DNA from: Chiloscyllium plagiosum
Taxonomy: Eukaryota
Reading direction: 5' to 3'
Length of the DNA: 26,652 nt
Assembly (NCBI RefSeq): GCF_004010195.1
Contig: NC_057718.1
Location: 84,603,446 to 84,630,097 of the forward strand
The notes beneath the pieces are model-generated. The model did not search any database. It had not been told where the DNA came from and saw only the letters and a program-made list of their open reading frames with translations. The position numbers were made by a program, and so were the translations under genes. Of this stretch, positions 22,293 through 26,652 are shown piece after piece. Within the stretch, counting starts at the first letter, position 1. The number at the start of each line of letters is the position of its first letter.

Positions 22293-23119
22293 CTACAATA
22301 ATGCATGCCCATTTTCCATTGCATTTCAGGCAGGTACTGATCTCAAAGTAAATGTTGTAATACATCATCACTTGCCTTTATTTGCATCTTTGCATTTTTA
22401 TTACAGTACAACAATCATGAGACACTTTAATGTAATTGTTGCCTAACTTGATGGAAGTCAGTTTAAAAATAACCTACTCGGGCTTATTGCCTTTGTGTCT
22501 GTTCCCAAATACCAGCTGATAAACAACATGCATCAGTCACTTTGTAACACATCTGAGGTGAATGAGTAACTTGGTCTATATACAAACTAGCAGTGCAGTC
22601 TTATTCACTGGCTTTTTCTGCTGAACAAAGTACCTGATTGTCAATAAGCACTCAGATCCTACCTTCAACATAAACCAGTGAAATTTTCAAGGTTTAGTTA
22701 GCAAGCATTACTCCTTTGGCAACGCAGTCAACCAATACCTGAATTGAGTTGAAGAGCAATTATGTACAGAGGGGAAGGAATATCAGCTGCCATTGACAAT
22801 TGACAATGTATGTGATTGCATGAAAATATTTGATAGTACACATTGATTACCAAATTGTTTAGTTATCTCATAATTGAGATTATTGTTTTATTTTAAACAG
22901 CTGAAGTATTAAGGGAAGGTTTGATTGTAAAGTGTAAAATTGGAGAGGAAAATAATCCTCAAGACAGGATACTGGCTATCTGAAACAAAAACAAAGTGCC
23001 GGAGAAACTCCGCATGTTTGAGTTTCTCAAGTTTTTTTAAATTTGATGTTTTGGTGAAAATTAAGAATTATTTTCACCTACTATCTACCTCAACTGTTCA
23101 CTCCCTTCATTGTCAAGGC

Positions 23120-23330
23120 ACAGCAGCAATAGTGTGCACTCTGTACAAGATGCATTGCAACATTTCGCCATGCCCCCTAGCGTATTACCTTCCAAAACCA
23201 CTTAAGACCAGTACAGTGGATGTATGAGAACACCACAGTCTTCAAGTTCACCTCAAACCTGCACACAGTCCTGACTTGGAGCTATATTGCAATTTTGTCA
23301 CTCTGGGTCAAAATCTTGGAACTCTGAACA
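23120..23330 (+). mobile_element. Degenerate LINE 3' fragment (L2/CR1 group)
   Basis: TACAAGATGCATTGCA...CCTTCCAAAACC...GAACACCAC...CCTGACTTGGA...GGGTCAAAATCTTGGAACTC; family recognised from memory only. Confidence 0.45.
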
Positions 23331-23515
23331 GCGGTGGGTTAAGTGAGTATACAAAGCCACCAATTGGACTGCATTTCACTGCCCATAGCAACATTTGGTT
23401 TATAATGTGCTATGATTTAGCTGATGTTATTACTGGGCATCAGATCCCAGATTGAAATCCAGATGGATATATCATGATTTGGGTTTAAAAAGATAGGGTC
23501 TCGCTGAGATGAAAC

Positions 23516-24020
23516 ATTGTGTGCAGTTTTGGTCGCCATACTATAGGAAGGATGTGGAGGCACTGGAATAGGTGCAGAGGAGGTTTACCAGGATGTTGCC
23601 TGGTATGGTAGGAAGATTGTATGAGGAAAGACTGAGGCACTTGGGGCTGTTTTCATTGGAGAAAAGAAGGTTTAGGGGTGACTTGATAGAGGTGTACAAG
23701 ATGATTAGGGGTTTAGATAGGGTTGACCATGAGAACCTTTTTCCACGTATGGAGTCGGCTATTACGAGGGGGGCGTAGCTTTAAATCAAGGGGTGGTAGG
23801 TATAGGACAGATGTTAGGGGTAGATTCTTTACTCAGCGAGTCGTGAGTTCATGGAATGCCCTGCCAGTAGCAGTGGTGGACTCTCCCTCTTTATGGGCAT
23901 TTAAGCGGGCATTGGATAGGCATATGGTGGATAGTTGGCTAGTGTAGGTTAGGTGGGCTTAGATCGGCGCAACATCGAGGGCCAAAGGGCCTGTACTGCG
24001 CTGTATTTTTCTATGTTCTA
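23516..24020 (+). mobile_element. CR1 LINE 3' fragment
   Basis: CVQFWSPYYRKDVEALE*VQRRFTRMLPGM...RFFTQRVVSSWNALP; (TTCTATG) tail. Confidence 0.92.
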
Positions 24021-24741
24021 CATCATGTTGCAATTTAATTTTAATAAAAGGAAGTTTATTAAGCATATTCTATGGTTTATTCTATTTTATTTTCACTTTG
24101 TCTGCTTATAGCACAAACTCAGTTTTAAAGGTACAATAACCATAAACATAAGTTTTTAAACAATCACTTGTACAGTACCTAGCAGTATCCCTTGTACAAT
24201 ACCTTTTCTCAAATCCCTTCCTCTAGTACAAAGTTCAGAGAAACTGACTTGAAGGTAATGTAATTTCTGTATTCTTTCCTCTCAGAAGTACTGCTCTATG
24301 TAACTATCCCCATCCAAGGACTACACACAAATGTGCAACTGAAAATATATCTGAAACAACAACCTCTCCCTCTGACTTATGGGTATTTCCTTTTTGAGTA
24401 CTGCCATAAGTTTCACCAACTTCTCCAAAATAGCAGGTGACAGAAGACTAAACATTCAGTGCACTTATTGTAATCCGTAAATGTGAGGGCCACATCACAG
24501 TGCCTTTTCTGAACATCCTCTAGAAGCACTCCACTCCACAATCGTTCTAAGTAATCTCTCCCTCCTTGAGTCTTGTTGCCAGTGCCAGTGAAGGCAAGCT
24601 GCTATCACAGGATAAGAATTCTGTGCATCAAGCAGACGGAACACAGTAAAAGTCTGCCATGTGTCCACCTATTTTTTACCCCCTGCCCTTGATCAAAAAC
24701 AGTTGCACCAATTGGTGGAAACCAAAGTCCTGAGCCCACTC

Positions 24742-25820
24742 AACTATATCAGTGATTTGGATGAGAATATACAAGGCATGATTAGTAAGTTTGCTGATGA
24801 CACTAAAATAGACAGTATTGTGGATAGTGAGAAAGGTTATCAGAAATTCCAGCAGGAGCTTGATCAGCTGGGGAAGTGGGCCGAGAAATGACAAATGGAG
24901 TTTAATATAGATGAGTGTGAGGTCTTGCATTTTGGAAAGTCAAATCAAGGTAGAATTTTCATGGTAAATGGTAGTGCCTTCAGGAGTGTCGTGGAGTAGA
25001 GTGATCTTTTGAGTTTAGGTTCATGATTCTCTGAAGTGGAGTCACAGGTAGACAAGGCAGTGAAGAAGGCCTTTGACACACTGGCCTTCATCCGTTGGGG
25101 CATTGAGTATACAAGTTGGAAGGTTATGTTGCAGTTATACAGGACGTTGGTGAGTCCGCACTCGGAGCATTATGATCACTTTTGGTCACCTTGCTATAAG
25201 AAGCATGTTATTAAGCTGGAAAAAAGCAGAAGAAATTTGCAAGGATATTGCCTGAACTCAATGGTGTGAATTATGGGGAGAGGTTGGACAACTAGACTTT
25301 TTTTTTCTTCAGAGCTTAGGACACTGAGTGGGGAACCTTTTTATAGAAGTGTATAAGATCATGAGACATGGATAGGGTGAATGCACTCAGTCTTTTTCCC
25401 AGGCTTGGGGTATTGAGGACTAGAGTGCCGCAGTTTAAGGTTAGAGGGGAAAGAATAAAAGGGAACCTAAAGGGCATTTTTTTTAAAAACCATTTGGTAT
25501 GCATATGGAATGAGTTGCCAGTGTAAGTGGTTGAGGTGGATACATTAACATTTAAAAGGCATTGGACAAATACATGGATAGGAAAGGAATAGAGGATATG
25601 GGAGTAGAGAGTATGGGTGCTGGAACAGCACATCAGGTGAGGCAGCATAGAGGAGCAGGAGAATCGATGTTTTGGGCATAAGCCCTTTATCAAGAATCAT
25701 ATGGGCCAAGTGCAGAGGATATGCACTTCGATGGATTTGGGTGAAGTGTAGAGAAATGGGGTTAACGTGGACAGACATTTTGGTTGGCATGGACCCATTT
25801 GGGCCAAAGGGTACCGTCTC
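24742..25820 (+). mobile_element. CR1 LINE 3' fragment, decayed
   Basis: YISDLDENIQGMISKFADDTKI, LYRTLVSPHSEHYDHFWSP; several stops. Confidence 0.9.
25603..25698 (-). mobile_element. Short PLE family A terminal-repeat insertion with degenerate HHR, inside the CR1 3' end
   Basis: Minus strand AUUC-UUGAUAA-A-GGGC-UUAU-GCCC-AAAAC-AUC; ATATGGG is duplicated at 25596-25602 and 25699-25705. Confidence 0.75.
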
Positions 25821-26024
25821 CGTTTTAGGACTCAAACTCTCACTTTTGAGAGTACTTTACATCCTTGCTGTTTGGTTGAAAGGCGTTGTGGTCTGTCTTG
25901 CAAGAATTTTCTCTACAGTCATCATTGTCCTCTGAGGGAGAGCTTATGAGCCCAAATGTGACCTTTGCAACCCCCATTGAGAGTTGGTAACCCACAGTTT
26001 TGGATCTGCTGTGTATAGGTTTAA

Positions 26025-26292
26025 CATCCTAGGACAGGCTAAACAGAGACACGCACAGGAATTCTTAGAGGTCTGGCATTCAAACCAGAACTCCGTCAAT
26101 AAACACATTGATAAATGGGGTTCAAATTAATTTCTCAGAAAAAGAACCGGAAATTATATCATCCACCCTAAGAGATCAAGACTCACTAATAGAAAGCAGC
26201 TGCCACCGAAAGCTTACTAATGATGTTACCTATCATGGTGATGGAACGTCTGAAAACAAACCTGCCAGCTCAGTGAGCAAACTTACAACCTG
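26025..26292 (+). mobile_element. Older family B-related PLE 3' fragment with degenerate HHR (26214-26253)
   Basis: ILGQAKQRHAQEFLEVWHSNQNSVNKHI; UUA-CUAAUGA-U-GUUACC-UAUCAU-GGUGAU-GGAAC-GUC-UGA. Confidence 0.75.
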
Positions 26293-26470
26293 GATAGTTA
26301 AGGAATGTTGCGATCCCAAGCTGGCTTTTAATGCTGAGGTGCTATTGCTTTTACTCAGCAATTTGAGAACCAGGGGAATCCTTAACAGGATTTTTGACGA
26401 AGGGTGAGTGGTGACCTTGGTGGTTTATAAAATCATGAGGGGCATGGGTAGGGTAAATAGGCAAGGTTGG

Positions 26471-26652
26471 AAATGTGTTGCTGGAAAAGCGCAGCAGGTC
26501 AGGCAGCATCTAGGGAACAGGAGAATCGACGTTTCGGGCATAAGCCCTTCTTCAGGAATGAGGAAAGTTTGTCCAGCAGGCTAAGATAAAAGGTAGGGAG
26601 GAGGGACTTGGGGGAGGGGCGTCGGAAATGTGATAGGTGGAAAGAGGTCAAG
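26471..26652 (-). mobile_element. Young PLE family A terminal repeat, runs off the window end
   Basis: Nearly identical to 3503-3585, continuing into purine-rich upstream sequence. Confidence 0.88.
26524..26559 (-). ncRNA. Minimal type I hammerhead ribozyme motif (family A), intact
   Basis: Minus strand AUUC-CUGAAGA-A-GGGC-UUAU-GCCC-GAAAC-GUC-GAUU. Confidence 0.85.

Noticed and set aside
5295..26652. Next atlastin exon (expected GF.WRGG.ERETTGI motif)
   Set aside because: Not found in the ORF track or by eye; it presumably lies beyond the window.

Overview
Eukaryotic, repeat-rich vertebrate DNA. It is most likely a cartilaginous fish (shark), inferred from HE1-like and Deu-domain (SacSINE1-like) SINEs and HER1/CR1-like LINEs, all recognised from memory rather than by database search. 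The only host coding sequence found is one 248-nt internal exon (5047-5294, +) encoding the N-terminal GTPase/P-loop of an atlastin, most like ATL2 exon 2; the rest appears intronic. The introns hold decayed CR1 LINEs, SINEs, a probable solo LTR, a tRNA-Gly(GCC) pseudogene, a 390-nt assembly gap and many Penelope-like element (PLE) fragments of at least two families. The main signal is that both PLE families carry minimal type I hammerhead ribozyme (HHR) motifs (CUGANGA-stem II-GAAAC-GUH) in their terminal repeats. About a dozen copies are present, and several with intact cores lie on the host pre-mRNA strand. They also occur in short non-coding insertions flanked by 13-14 bp target-site duplications (TSDs), three of them near-perfect fold-back palindromes. 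HHRs in PLEs are a known phenomenon; their activity here is untested. Most ORFs in the supplied track are repeat debris or spurious.
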